DNA of 64,000 nucleotides from Phycisphaerae bacterium (GTDB lineage Bacteria; Planctomycetota; Phycisphaerae; UBA1845; Fen-1342), in contig CAXXWX010000015.1 in assembly GCA_963675745.2 (NCBI GenBank), positions 128,001 through 192,000 of the forward strand, given 5' to 3'. A program made the position numbers and the translations under genes. This document shows positions 18,078-27,214 of the stretch, one piece after another (position 1 is the first letter of the stretch; each line of letters opens with the position of its first letter). The notes beneath the pieces were generated by a model. The model was not told the DNA's origin. It saw nothing but the letters and a program-made list of their open reading frames with translations, and ran no database searches.

Positions 18078-19544
18078 TCATTCCTCCCCCCCAAGCTGAC
18101 GCACTGCATAATTCGTCGGCTCTTTCGTAATCATGATGTCGTGCGGGTGCGATTCGCGCGCGCCGGCGCCGGTGATCTGGACGAATCGGGCGTCGCGGCG
18201 CAGACTCGGGATGTCGCGGGTCCCGCAATAGCCCATCCCCTGGCGCAGCCCCCCCACCAACTGATGCACAAACTCGCCCAGCGTTCCGCGATACGGGACG
18301 CGGCCCTCCACACCTTCGGGCACCATCTTCTGAACCGGCTGACCGGCCTGCTCGTAACGGTCGGCGCTGCCGGCTTCCATCGCGCCCAGCGAGCCCATCC
18401 CGCGGTATTCCTTGAATCTCCGCCCTTTCCATATCACGAGCTGGCCCGGCGATTCGTCTAGCCCCGCGAGCAGCGAACCAAGCATGACACTATGTGCGCC
18501 GGCCGCCAGCGCCTTGACCACGTCCCCACTGAAGCGAATCCCACCGTCGGCGATCACCGGCACCTCACAGGCGCCCGCCACGTCCAGCACCGCCGTGATC
18601 TGTGGCATCCCCACACCCGTGACCACACGCGTCGTGCAAATCGACCCGGGACCGATGCCGACTTTGACCGCGTCGGCGCCGGCGTCGATCAGCGCGCGGG
18701 CACCGGCCGCCGTGCCGACATTGCCGGCGATGACCTCAACCGGCCAATTGCGTTTCAGCTCGCGTACCGTGTTGATGACGTTGTCACTATGACCGTGAGC
18801 TGAATCGATGGCGATCACGTCAACATCGGCGTCGATGAGCGCCGCGGCCCGCGCCAGGTCGAGCACACCGATAGCCGCTCCCACGCGCAGCCGACCGCGA
18901 TCATCCTTGCAACGCTGCGGGAATTCACGGTTGCGCTCGATGTCCCGCATCGTGATCAGGCCCGCCAGCCGCCCGTCAGCGTGAACCAGCAGCAGTTTCT
19001 CCACTTTGGCGCGCTGGAGGATTGTGCGGGCTTCATCCAGCGTCGTGCTCGGCGGCGCTGTGACCAGGTCGCCAGAGGTCATCACTTCGGAGATGGGCTT
19101 GTTGGCGCGCTCCAGGAACTTCAGATCACGGCGTGTGAGGATGCCGACCAGCTTGCCGTCTTCGTGCGTGATCGGAATCCCGCTTACATTCTGAAGCGCC
19201 ATGAGGCGCTCGGCGTCCTTGACGGAGTTACCCGGCCGCAGCGTGGCCGGGTCGAGAATGACCCCGCTTTCCGAGCGCTTGACCTTGTGGACTTCACGGG
19301 CCTGCTGTTCGATCGTGAGGTTGCGATGGATGATGCCGATGCCGCCTTCCTGAGCCAGCGCGATCGCCAGGCTGCTCTCGGTAACGGTATCCATCGGGGC
19401 GCTGACCAGCGGGATGTTGATGCGAATCCCCCGTGTAAGCTGCGTGCTGACGTCGGCGTCGCGCGGATGGAACGTCGCCCGCGCGGGCACGAGAAGCACG
19501 TCATCAAATGTAAGAGCGAGACCGATGATCTTGTCGTCTTTCAT
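18078..19544 (-). CDS. guaB: Inosine-5'-monophosphate dehydrogenase (with CBS domains)
   Basis: [48 protein letters not shown]. Confidence 0.97.
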   Translation of the reverse strand: MKDDKIIGLALTFDDVLLVPARATFHPRDADVSTQLTRGIRINIPLVSAPMDTVTESSLAIALAQEGGIGIIHRNLTIEQQAREVHKVKRSESGVILDPATLRPGNSVKDAERLMALQNVSGIPITHEDGKLVGILTRRDLKFLERANKPISEVMTSGDLVTAPPSTTLDEARTILQRAKVEKLLLVHADGRLAGLITMRDIERNREFPQRCKDDRGRLRVGAAIGVLDLARAAALIDADVDVIAIDSAHGHSDNVINTVRELKRNWPVEVIAGNVGTAAGARALIDAGADAVKVGIGPGSICTTRVVTGVGMPQITAVLDVAGACEVPVIADGGIRFSGDVVKALAAGAHSVMLGSLLAGLDESPGQLVIWKGRRFKEYRGMGSLGAMEAGSADRYEQAGQPVQKMVPEGVEGRVPYRGTLGEFVHQLVGGLRQGMGYCGTRDIPSLRRDARFVQITGAGARESHPHDIMITKEPTNYAVRQLGGEE

Positions 19545-19565
19545 GGGGCGAATATAGCCGAGGAG

Positions 19566-19656
19566 AGGCCACGAGGCCACAAGGCAAAAGAGGGTCCGGC
19601 GGTTGGTTGTCGCTGTTGTTGCCTAGTGGCCTTGTGGCCGCGTGGCCTCGTGGCCT
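19566..19656. repeat. Second inverted array of 8-bp AGGC(C/A)AC(N) repeats (3 + 5 units)
   Basis: aggccacg aggccaca aggcaaaa ... tgttgcct agtggcct tgtggccg cgtggcct cgtggcct. Confidence 0.85.
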
Positions 19657-19659
19657 TCT

Positions 19660-20469
19660 CTACCCCCCCGGCATCGACTCCTCGCCCGCCCAGTCAACCT
19701 CCGCAACCGCGTTCGGCTCGAACGGCATCCGCCGCTGCATGCAGTCGGGGTGGTCGCAAAGCTGGCAGGGGTACACATTGGGTCCGACCTTGTCGGCCGG
19801 CGCAATCCCGAGCAACCCCGAGAGCGATTTGATCGGCATCATCAGACAACTCGGCGTAAGCCGAACGCCGATGTCGCGGGTCGGCAGACTCGCGAACACC
19901 GATCGCTGTTGGCTGACGAGCATGCCACAATAGCCCGGCGAGTACCGCGGGGTGATCGCCAACCCGCGTTCAGCCGCCCACTCACGAATCTGCTCTTCGC
20001 ATAAGTTGGCGGCGGCCTCCGTCGTTTCCGAGGCGATCGCATCGATGATGACGCCGTGCATGGCGCGCGTGCCCCTGATCCAACGCCGCGCCAGACGCTC
20101 CATCGCAGATCCGATGGTCGCAACGAACACGGCCACGTATTCGGAGTGTCGTAAGAACTGCCCGACCGCGCCGCGATAGACGGCGCCGGAGTCGAGTTCA
20201 AGCCGCCGCTGTTCCAGTTTGCGCACCCGGTCAACGCGATACACCGCGCGCGGCCGCACCAGGCGCCGGGTGCTCTCGAGCTGTTCATCGACAACGGCTG
20301 ACCAGCGCTGGTGTGCCGGCCGATCAGGCTGAATGCCAACGGCACGGCGAATGTACTCGACGTTGGCTGCCACGTGGTCAAAGCTGACCTGCCGATACAA
20401 GACGGCTTGCGTAGGGGTCGGATATCTCTGGAAGCGATGGCTTCTTGGTTCATGCGGGGCTTTATCCAA
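19660..20469 (-). CDS. Stand-alone methionine synthase activation-domain-like protein
   Basis: FVATIG, DAIASE, PRYSPGYC, LTPSCLMMPIKSLSG, C-terminal CQLCDHPDC; start uncertain (TTG at 20469 or 20400). Confidence 0.8.
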   Translation of the reverse strand: MDKAPHEPRSHRFQRYPTPTQAVLYRQVSFDHVAANVEYIRRAVGIQPDRPAHQRWSAVVDEQLESTRRLVRPRAVYRVDRVRKLEQRRLELDSGAVYRGAVGQFLRHSEYVAVFVATIGSAMERLARRWIRGTRAMHGVIIDAIASETTEAAANLCEEQIREWAAERGLAITPRYSPGYCGMLVSQQRSVFASLPTRDIGVRLTPSCLMMPIKSLSGLLGIAPADKVGPNVYPCQLCDHPDCMQRRMPFEPNAVAEVDWAGEESMPGG

Positions 20470-20819
20470 TCCAGGCGCCGAGTTCAACCCGAGTGCACCC
20501 ACTATCCAATGATACACGCCCGCGGCGTGCAGGTCGATGATTGTGAGGCGCGCGCCGCCGATAAGTGCAAGTGATGGCAACGCGGCGTCGGGCGCCGAGA
20601 CTGTCGCGCAGGCATGTTGCTCGAGTTGTGAATTCTTACCTGGTACATTTCCGAACTACGCGCCGCCTTGTTAATCCCCTTATTCCGTTGCCAATGCCCA
20701 GCGGAAACGCTAACCTCGCGCGATCATCATTTGCCGGGACGTCGCCCGGTAGGGACGGAGATTAACGGCATGGGCGACCGAGTGCATGCCGCGCGCATTA
20801 ACTGCACGGAGAGACGGTA

Positions 20820-21464
20820 ATGTCGATTCTGGAGCGCATCGCCAAAGCGCTGATTGACTGCGATGAGGAGCAGACACCCAAGCTCGTTGAGCAGGCACTT
20901 GGTGAAGGGCTCGAGGCCGGGCAGATATTGAATGACGGGTTGCTGGTCGGCATGACCGAAGTCGGTCGCCTGTTCCGTGACGGCGAGTACTTCGTGCCGG
21001 AAGTTCTGATTGCCGCCGAGGCGATGAAGGCGGGCACCGCGATTCTCCAGCCGCATCTGACCGCCGCCGGCGTGAAGCCCGCGGCAACCGCCGTCATCGG
21101 AACCGTGAAGGGTGATCTTCACGACATCGGCAAGAACCTGGTTGTGACCATGTTCGAGGGAGCCGGATTTGAGGTGATCGATCTGGGCGTCGACGTTCCA
21201 CCGGAGAAGTTCGTCGAGGCTTGTCGCGAGCGCCGCGTCCACCTGGTCGGCCTCAGCGCGCTTCTGACAACCACAATGCCCATGATGGAAGAAACCACCA
21301 AGACGCTCAAGAATGCCGGCCTGGAAAACCCGCCGTTCATTCTGATAGGTGGTGCGCCCATCACCCCCGAATTCGCCACCAAGATCGGCGCGCACGGCTA
21401 TGGCCGCGACGCGTCCTCCGGCGCCGAACTGGCCAGGGAACTCTGTATCAAGAAGGCGTCGTAG
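20820..21464 (+). CDS. Corrinoid (cobalamin-binding) protein, MtbC/MttC-like
   Basis: Cap domain, then GTVKGDLHDIGKNLV (DxHxxG), DLGVDV, SALLTTT, GGAP. Confidence 0.93.
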   Translation: MSILERIAKALIDCDEEQTPKLVEQALGEGLEAGQILNDGLLVGMTEVGRLFRDGEYFVPEVLIAAEAMKAGTAILQPHLTAAGVKPAATAVIGTVKGDLHDIGKNLVVTMFEGAGFEVIDLGVDVPPEKFVEACRERRVHLVGLSALLTTTMPMMEETTKTLKNAGLENPPFILIGGAPITPEFATKIGAHGYGRDASSGAELARELCIKKAS

Positions 21465-21569
21465 GCCTGTGTGCCAACGGCGCGTTGGACACCCACGCGC
21501 GCAGGGCCTCCGCGGATCGTGCCCTCGGGCCTTGACGAGGCCAACGCCGCGCGGGCTTCGGACTTGACA

Positions 21570-22694
21570 ATGCTGACCTCCAAGACACGCATGGCCCGCG
21601 CACTGGCGCGGCAGCCGGTTGACCGAGTTCCCAGGTACGACTGGTTCTGGGATGAGACCCGAGCCGACTTCACCGGCGCGCTGGGCCAGCGTTTCACGGC
21701 CAAAGCCCAGGCCGCGTGCGCCGCCGACGGGCACGGCGCGCCCGACAGCTATACGCTCTGGGAATACTTCGACTTTGACTTGATGCAGGTCGCCTGGCCG
21801 GACTATCGGCTGACGCTTGATGAACCGACCGTTCTCGACGAGACAGACGAGTGGGTGCTGCTGCGCGATGCCAACCAGGCGGTGTTGCGCTGGTGGAAAC
21901 GCAAGATGGGCACGCCGGAGCACGTCGGCTTCGGCATCGACACTCCGGAGAAGTGGGCGGCGGTCAAGCACCTGCTGACGCCCTCCAAGGATCGAATCCG
22001 CTGGAACGAATTCTGGCCGTTCTACAACCGCGCGCGAGCCAGCGACCGTTTCGTCTGCTTCGGCAGCGTGGAGATCTTCGAAGCGGTCAAGGACGTTCTC
22101 GGTCATGAGCTCATGCTCAAGACCATGATCCGCAAACCCGAATGGCTGCACGACGTCTTCGACACATACACGACGCTGCAGATCCAGATGCTCGAGCTGG
22201 CCGAAGCCGAGGGCATGGTCTGCGACGGCGCTTTCATCTACGGCGATATGGCCTACAAAACGGGACCATTCATGAGCCCGCGCCATTACCGCGAATTCTC
22301 AATGCCCTACCACAAACGTCTGTTCGGCGAGTTTCACAAACGCGGCATGCCCGTGATCTTCCATTCGGACGGCGACATCCGCCCAGTGATTCCGGATCTC
22401 ATCAATGCCGGCGTGGACGCGATTAACCCCATGGAGACGCGCGCCGGAATGGACGTCCGCGAACTTGCTCCGCAATACGGCGACCGGCTCAGCTTTGTCG
22501 GCAACATCGACGTGACCGTGCTCGCAACCAATGACCGCGAGAAGATTCGTGACGAGGTCGGCTCAAAACTGGCTGCCGGCATGGCCGGGCAATGCTACGT
22601 GTATCACTCGGACCATTCGATACCACCCGGCGTCACTCTGGAAACATACGAATATGTGCTGGGCCTTATTGATGAACTCGGCCAATACGACTAG
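21570..22694 (+). CDS. Uroporphyrinogen decarboxylase/MT2-family protein (paralog 1)
   Basis: DRVP, YGDMAYKTGPFMSP, FHSDG, GNID, YHSDHSIPP. Confidence 0.85.
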   Translation: MLTSKTRMARALARQPVDRVPRYDWFWDETRADFTGALGQRFTAKAQAACAADGHGAPDSYTLWEYFDFDLMQVAWPDYRLTLDEPTVLDETDEWVLLRDANQAVLRWWKRKMGTPEHVGFGIDTPEKWAAVKHLLTPSKDRIRWNEFWPFYNRARASDRFVCFGSVEIFEAVKDVLGHELMLKTMIRKPEWLHDVFDTYTTLQIQMLELAEAEGMVCDGAFIYGDMAYKTGPFMSPRHYREFSMPYHKRLFGEFHKRGMPVIFHSDGDIRPVIPDLINAGVDAINPMETRAGMDVRELAPQYGDRLSFVGNIDVTVLATNDREKIRDEVGSKLAAGMAGQCYVYHSDHSIPPGVTLETYEYVLGLIDELGQYD

Positions 22695-22761
22695 CGCGCA
22701 ACACGCGCCTCCCTCGTAACGTAGACCCGCAATCGGTTCACCCTTTCCCGCGAGGCATCCC

Positions 22762-23820
22762 GTGGAACGCAGAGAAATCGTCAAACGCGCCATCACCTTC
22801 AACAACCCCCCCCGCCTTCCACTCAAGTTCGACGTCGTGGGCGTAAACGACTGCTACGACGTCTGGTGCCCGGACCCGACCGGCTGGGTCTGGGACTTTG
22901 GCAAGCGCGCCGCTGACGAGTGGGGCTGCGTCTGGGAGACCTCCGAGATTTCCAACACCGGCCAGGTCACCGTTCACCCGCTCGGCGACCTGTCGAAGCT
23001 GACGACGTTCCAATGGCCCGACCCCGATGATGAACGCCGCTACCGGGGATTCAAGGAGCAGATCGCCGGCGCCGAGGATCGCTTCGTGATGTTCTGCTTC
23101 GGGCACGGCCTCTGGGAACGGCTGTGGATGTTGACGGGAATGAGCCAGGCCATGATGGCGCTCACGCGACACAAGGACGAGGTGTGTGAGATCATCGACC
23201 GCATCCTCACGTTCCACATGCGCGTGATCAAAAACTGCCAGGAGATCGCCGGCGGGCGAATCGACGGCGCCGCGATGGGCGATGACTGGGGCGTGCAGGA
23301 TCGCACGATGATAAGCCCGCGGCAGTTTCGCGAGTTCTTCAAGCCGCGCTATAAGCGCTGGTTCGATCATATCAAGTCGCTCGGCGTCCATACGTGGATG
23401 CACTCCTGTGGCAAGATCAACGCGGTGGTCGACGACCTGATCGACGCCGGGCTCGAGGTGATCAACAACCAGCAACCCAACACCGTCGGGCTTGAGGACT
23501 TCGGCGGCGCGTTCCAGGGCCGCATCTGTTTTGAGGCGATCGTCGATACGCAGTCAACGCTGCCGCGCGGCACATATGAAGAGATCATTGACCAGGCCCA
23601 CGCGATCTGCGAGAAATACGGCACGGCGGCCGGGGGCCTGATTGCCAGCGACTACAACGACGCCGAATCGATCGGAGTGACGCTCGATCGCAGGCTGGTG
23701 ATGTTCGAGGCGTTCGCCGAGCGTGGCAATTACCCCGACTATCGCGCTATTGTCGAGCGGGCCCGGGCGGAGGGTGGACTTGTCGGCCACTCGTGGGGCC
23801 GTGCGACGCAGGCGCGTTGA
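22762..23820 (+). CDS. Uroporphyrinogen decarboxylase/MT2-family protein (paralog 2)
   Basis: DEWGCVW, WPDP, GDDWG, ISPRQFREFFKPRY, MHSCG, DTQSTLP. Confidence 0.85.
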   Translation: MERREIVKRAITFNNPPRLPLKFDVVGVNDCYDVWCPDPTGWVWDFGKRAADEWGCVWETSEISNTGQVTVHPLGDLSKLTTFQWPDPDDERRYRGFKEQIAGAEDRFVMFCFGHGLWERLWMLTGMSQAMMALTRHKDEVCEIIDRILTFHMRVIKNCQEIAGGRIDGAAMGDDWGVQDRTMISPRQFREFFKPRYKRWFDHIKSLGVHTWMHSCGKINAVVDDLIDAGLEVINNQQPNTVGLEDFGGAFQGRICFEAIVDTQSTLPRGTYEEIIDQAHAICEKYGTAAGGLIASDYNDAESIGVTLDRRLVMFEAFAERGNYPDYRAIVERARAEGGLVGHSWGRATQAR

Positions 23821-24092
23821 TACGCTTGCAGGGCGCGGGAGGCGGCATCGAGGGGCGACAATCTCGCCGAGCCGGCCATTGATGCCAGGCTCGCGAAAGC
23901 GCTCCCGGCAATTCTGCAAACAGCCCCCTTGAAAAGCCTTGCTACGCTCTGGTGCGAGGTGTAGGATTCGCCGGGTTGGATTTGTTATAGACGATCCGGT
24001 CCGAGACAGTCGCGCGCAGATGCACCGCATGTCAGACGGCGCGCATGGTATAAAACGGTTAGGCTGAACTCATTCGGTATTAGGAGCCCATC

Positions 24093-25679
24093 ATGTCCCG
24101 TGGTGTTCGATCGAAATCTTCAGTATTTACGACCGCGCTGCTCGGAGTTTCACTGTGCCTACTGCTGGGGGGAATACTGGGGTGTCCCGTCACCACGACG
24201 CCGCCGGATCCGAACAATGTCGATCCCAACACCGTTGATCCAAACAACATCGATCCCAACGACGTTGACCCCAATGATGTCGATCCCAACGACGTCGATC
24301 CCAACGACGTCGATCCCAACGATGTCGATCCCAACGACGCTGAACCCAATGACATTATACCCGGCGACTCGGGTGTGACCGGCAAGTACTTCGGCTCGGA
24401 GTCCTGCGGCCTTTGCCACGTCAATCTGCACGCCGACTGGGCCGACACGCTCCACGCCGGCGCACTGGAGACACTCGCGGCGATCGGACAGGCTGAGAAT
24501 GCGGACTGTCTCCCGTGCCACACTGTCGGCTTCGGCGAGGAAGGCGGTTACGTCGATCGCGAGACGACGAACGCGCTCAAGGGCGTTGGATGTGAATCCT
24601 GCCACGGCCCCGCGCGCGACCATGCCCAGAACCTCAGCGACGCCAGCTTGCGCCCGCCGGTGGACATCGGCTCGGACGTTTGCGGCGTTTGCCACACGGG
24701 CGCACACCACCCGACGATCGATGAATGGAACGAGTCGGGACACGCCGGCATCGATGATCACGTGGCCGAGCGGATCGTCGAAGGAAGCCTGAGTTCCTGT
24801 GCCGAATGCCACTCGGGTGACGTGTTCTACCTCTCCGTGGTTCAGGGCGAAACAGTCGAGGAAGACGCCTTCCTTGGCATGGACCCGGCCGATCTGAATC
24901 CGATCACGTGCGCGGTCTGCCACGACCCGCACATGCGCACCGGGAACGCCACCGCGCCGGACGAGGGACGCGACTATCAGTTGAGGTATCCGGAAGACGC
25001 GAATCCTGAGCCCACCAACACCATTGCCGCAACTACCGACGCTGACCGCTTCAATCTCTGCGGGCAGTGCCATCGCAGCCGTGGCCGCGAGTGGACGGCA
25101 ACGTCGCGCGGACCGCACCACAGCGTTCAGTCGAACGTGTACGTCGGCGAAATGCCCACCCCGGAGGCTGAAACGGAACCGCTGGTTCCCAGCATCGCGT
25201 CCGTACACCTGCGTGCGGCCGAACAGTGCTCGACGTGCCACCTGCACCGCGAGGACTTCGAGAGTGAAACGGCACCGGCCATCGCCGGGCACACTTTCAT
25301 GGTCAACTACGACGGCTGCGCCGCGGTCGGTTGCCACAGTTCAGCCGAAGAAGCCGAAACGCGCGGCATGACGTACCAGGGCATGGTCGAGTTCCGGCTG
25401 GAGGATATCAAGGCCCGACTCGATGCGCTGGTGGACTTCGATGGCAACCCGGCCACTATCGACTGGGAATACAGTGCTGAAGGTGGTGTGGCCGGCTCTG
25501 AGGATCCCAACGATCCCAATGCTCCCTGGCAGGGCGATCTTTCAGATGAGATCCTCCAGGTACGATTCCTGCTCAAGTACGCCGAGTACGACGGCAGCTA
25601 CGGCATCCACAACCCCGACTACGTCGAGTCGATTCTCGATGAGGCCGAGTGGCTGTTGTTCCTGGCGGAAACCGAGTAG
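24093..25679 (+). CDS. Lipoprotein multiheme cytochrome c (8 CxxCH plus 1 CX4CH)
   Basis: AGGAG RBS; lipobox ILGC; CGLCH, CLPCH, CESCH, CGVCH, CAECH, CAVCH, CGQCH, CSTCH, CAAVGCH; C-terminal DGSYGIHNP. Confidence 0.92.
   Translation: MSRGVRSKSSVFTTALLGVSLCLLLGGILGCPVTTTPPDPNNVDPNTVDPNNIDPNDVDPNDVDPNDVDPNDVDPNDVDPNDAEPNDIIPGDSGVTGKYFGSESCGLCHVNLHADWADTLHAGALETLAAIGQAENADCLPCHTVGFGEEGGYVDRETTNALKGVGCESCHGPARDHAQNLSDASLRPPVDIGSDVCGVCHTGAHHPTIDEWNESGHAGIDDHVAERIVEGSLSSCAECHSGDVFYLSVVQGETVEEDAFLGMDPADLNPITCAVCHDPHMRTGNATAPDEGRDYQLRYPEDANPEPTNTIAATTDADRFNLCGQCHRSRGREWTATSRGPHHSVQSNVYVGEMPTPEAETEPLVPSIASVHLRAAEQCSTCHLHREDFESETAPAIAGHTFMVNYDGCAAVGCHSSAEEAETRGMTYQGMVEFRLEDIKARLDALVDFDGNPATIDWEYSAEGGVAGSEDPNDPNAPWQGDLSDEILQVRFLLKYAEYDGSYGIHNPDYVESILDEAEWLLFLAETE
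24207..24356 (+). repeat. Coding 15-bp tandem repeat, (DPNxx)10
   Basis: gatcccaacgacgtc-type units encoding DPNNV DPNTV DPNNI DPNDV x5 DPNDA EPNDI. Confidence 0.95.
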
Positions 25680-25720
25680 GAGCTGATTAAACCACGGAGG
25701 CTCCGTTGAGCTTCAGCCTC

Positions 25721-25758
25721 GGGCCCGGTGAGTGCCGCATGCGGCACCCGCCGGGCCC
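25721..25758. terminator. GC-rich hairpin downstream of the cytochrome gene (possible terminator or REP-like)
   Basis: gggcccggtgagtgccgc-at-gcggcacccgccgggccc; no U-tract; followed by TATAAT at 25763-25768. Confidence 0.45.
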
Positions 25759-25843
25759 AAGTTATAATGAGAACGTGCCGGACCGACGCTCAAGTGTGGC
25801 GAGATGCGGCGCGGCGAAAGCGGCATTCAACTGCGAGGGCTAC

Positions 25844-26506
25844 ATGTCCCTGGGCGTGATTTTCGACATGGACGGCGTGCTGGTCGCCTCGGGGCCGGCG
25901 CATGCCGCCAGTTGGCGCGTCGTTGCTGACCAGCACGGCATCGAGATTACCGACGAGACGTTCAGCCGTCTGTTTGGACGCCCCAGTCGCGATATTGTGC
26001 GTATCATCTGGGGTGATGGTGTCTCCGATGAGACCATCGCCAAACTGGATGACGAGAAAGAGGCGGCGTATCGCGCGATCATCGCCGGTGCTGTGCCGCT
26101 CATGGAAGGCTGCCGCGAGCTGCTGTCAACTCTCGAGCGCGCCGGGTTTACCATGGCCGTCGGTACATCCGGACCACCGGAGAACGTGGCGCTGGTCCTC
26201 AATGAGACCGGCATCGGCAGGTTCTTCAGCGCGACTGTGCATGGTTTTGACATTCAGCGCGGCAAACCGGCGCCCGACTGCTTTCTGCTGGCCGCACAGC
26301 GTTGCGGCCTCGCCTCCGGCGCCTGCGTGGTTGTCGAAGACGCCCCGGTCGGCATCCAATCCGCCGTGGCGGCCGGCATGCGCTCGATCGGTCTGGTCGG
26401 CACGCATCCGGCCGGTCCATTGACAGACGCCGGCGCCAGTCGCATCGTCGAAGACCTGGCTGAAATCACGCCGTCCATGATCACCGATCTGTTGCAGACG
26501 CCATGA
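25844..26506 (+). CDS. HAD-family phosphatase (beta-phosphoglucomutase-like)
   Basis: FDMDGVL, GTS, GKPAPD, VEDAPVG. Confidence 0.9.
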   Translation: MSLGVIFDMDGVLVASGPAHAASWRVVADQHGIEITDETFSRLFGRPSRDIVRIIWGDGVSDETIAKLDDEKEAAYRAIIAGAVPLMEGCRELLSTLERAGFTMAVGTSGPPENVALVLNETGIGRFFSATVHGFDIQRGKPAPDCFLLAAQRCGLASGACVVVEDAPVGIQSAVAAGMRSIGLVGTHPAGPLTDAGASRIVEDLAEITPSMITDLLQTP

Positions 26507-26523
26507 TATGGGGTGGAGTCACG

Positions 26524-26880
26524 ATGGGTGAGTTCATCAGCGAGCCGATCACGCCGCTGAAAGGCGCTTTCGATACGCAAGCGATGGCGCGAGGTGAGCC
26601 GGGTTTGCCGCGCGGCTTTGTCTGGCACGGCGAACGCCACGAGATCGTCGAACGGCTTGAACAGTGGAAGCAGTCCGCACCTGAAGGCGGTCGTCCGGGC
26701 AACGAGGTGTACCTGCGCCGCCACTGCTATCGGCTGCGCATGGCCAGCGGGCAGGTCTGGACCGTGTATTTCACGCGTCAGCCGGCGCGCGGCAGCAGGT
26801 CTCGGCAACGGTGGTTCGTGTACACGATCGATGAGGGCCGGCAATCAGGCGGTACGCCAAAGCTCCCGTTGCCGGATTAG
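26524..26880 (+). CDS. DUF6504-like small protein
   Basis: PRGFVWHGERHEIVERLEQW, RRHCYRLR, WFVYTI; GGAG RBS. Alternative start 26503 overlaps the HAD stop. Confidence 0.65.
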   Translation: MGEFISEPITPLKGAFDTQAMARGEPGLPRGFVWHGERHEIVERLEQWKQSAPEGGRPGNEVYLRRHCYRLRMASGQVWTVYFTRQPARGSRSRQRWFVYTIDEGRQSGGTPKLPLPD

Positions 26881-27214
26881 CCCGCGACGTCCTCATCGCC
26901 CGTGCAGTCGCCAGAGCTAGGGTGGCGGCGCGCGCCTCGCAGAAAGTCGGCGCGAAATAGCGGCTGCGGCGTTCGAACCAATCGCTCCGCGCGGCGTATA
27001 CTATCTGTCAGTCGGTGCGCGCGCTGCCGACCGGGTGTCCGCGTAGAATCGGCAACCCGGCCGCTGACATCGCCGCCCGCTGGACATTCACGAGATACGG
27101 GCTACCATGTCCGGTGATTGTGGACATCTGGCATGACGTCGGTAAGCCCCTTTATCGCAGTCACTTAACGCGGCATCTATCCGGTAGGCCGTCGAACCAC
27201 CACGGAGCTTGTGC

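Noticed and set aside
20470..20819. Cobalamin riboswitch upstream of the corrinoid genes
   Set aside because: No recognisable GGGAA/GCCACTG/B12-box elements on either strand by eye; an Infernal scan would be decisive.
24207..24356. Possible CRISPR array
   Set aside because: Contiguous 15-bp in-frame coding units with synonymous variation, no spacers and no cas genes.
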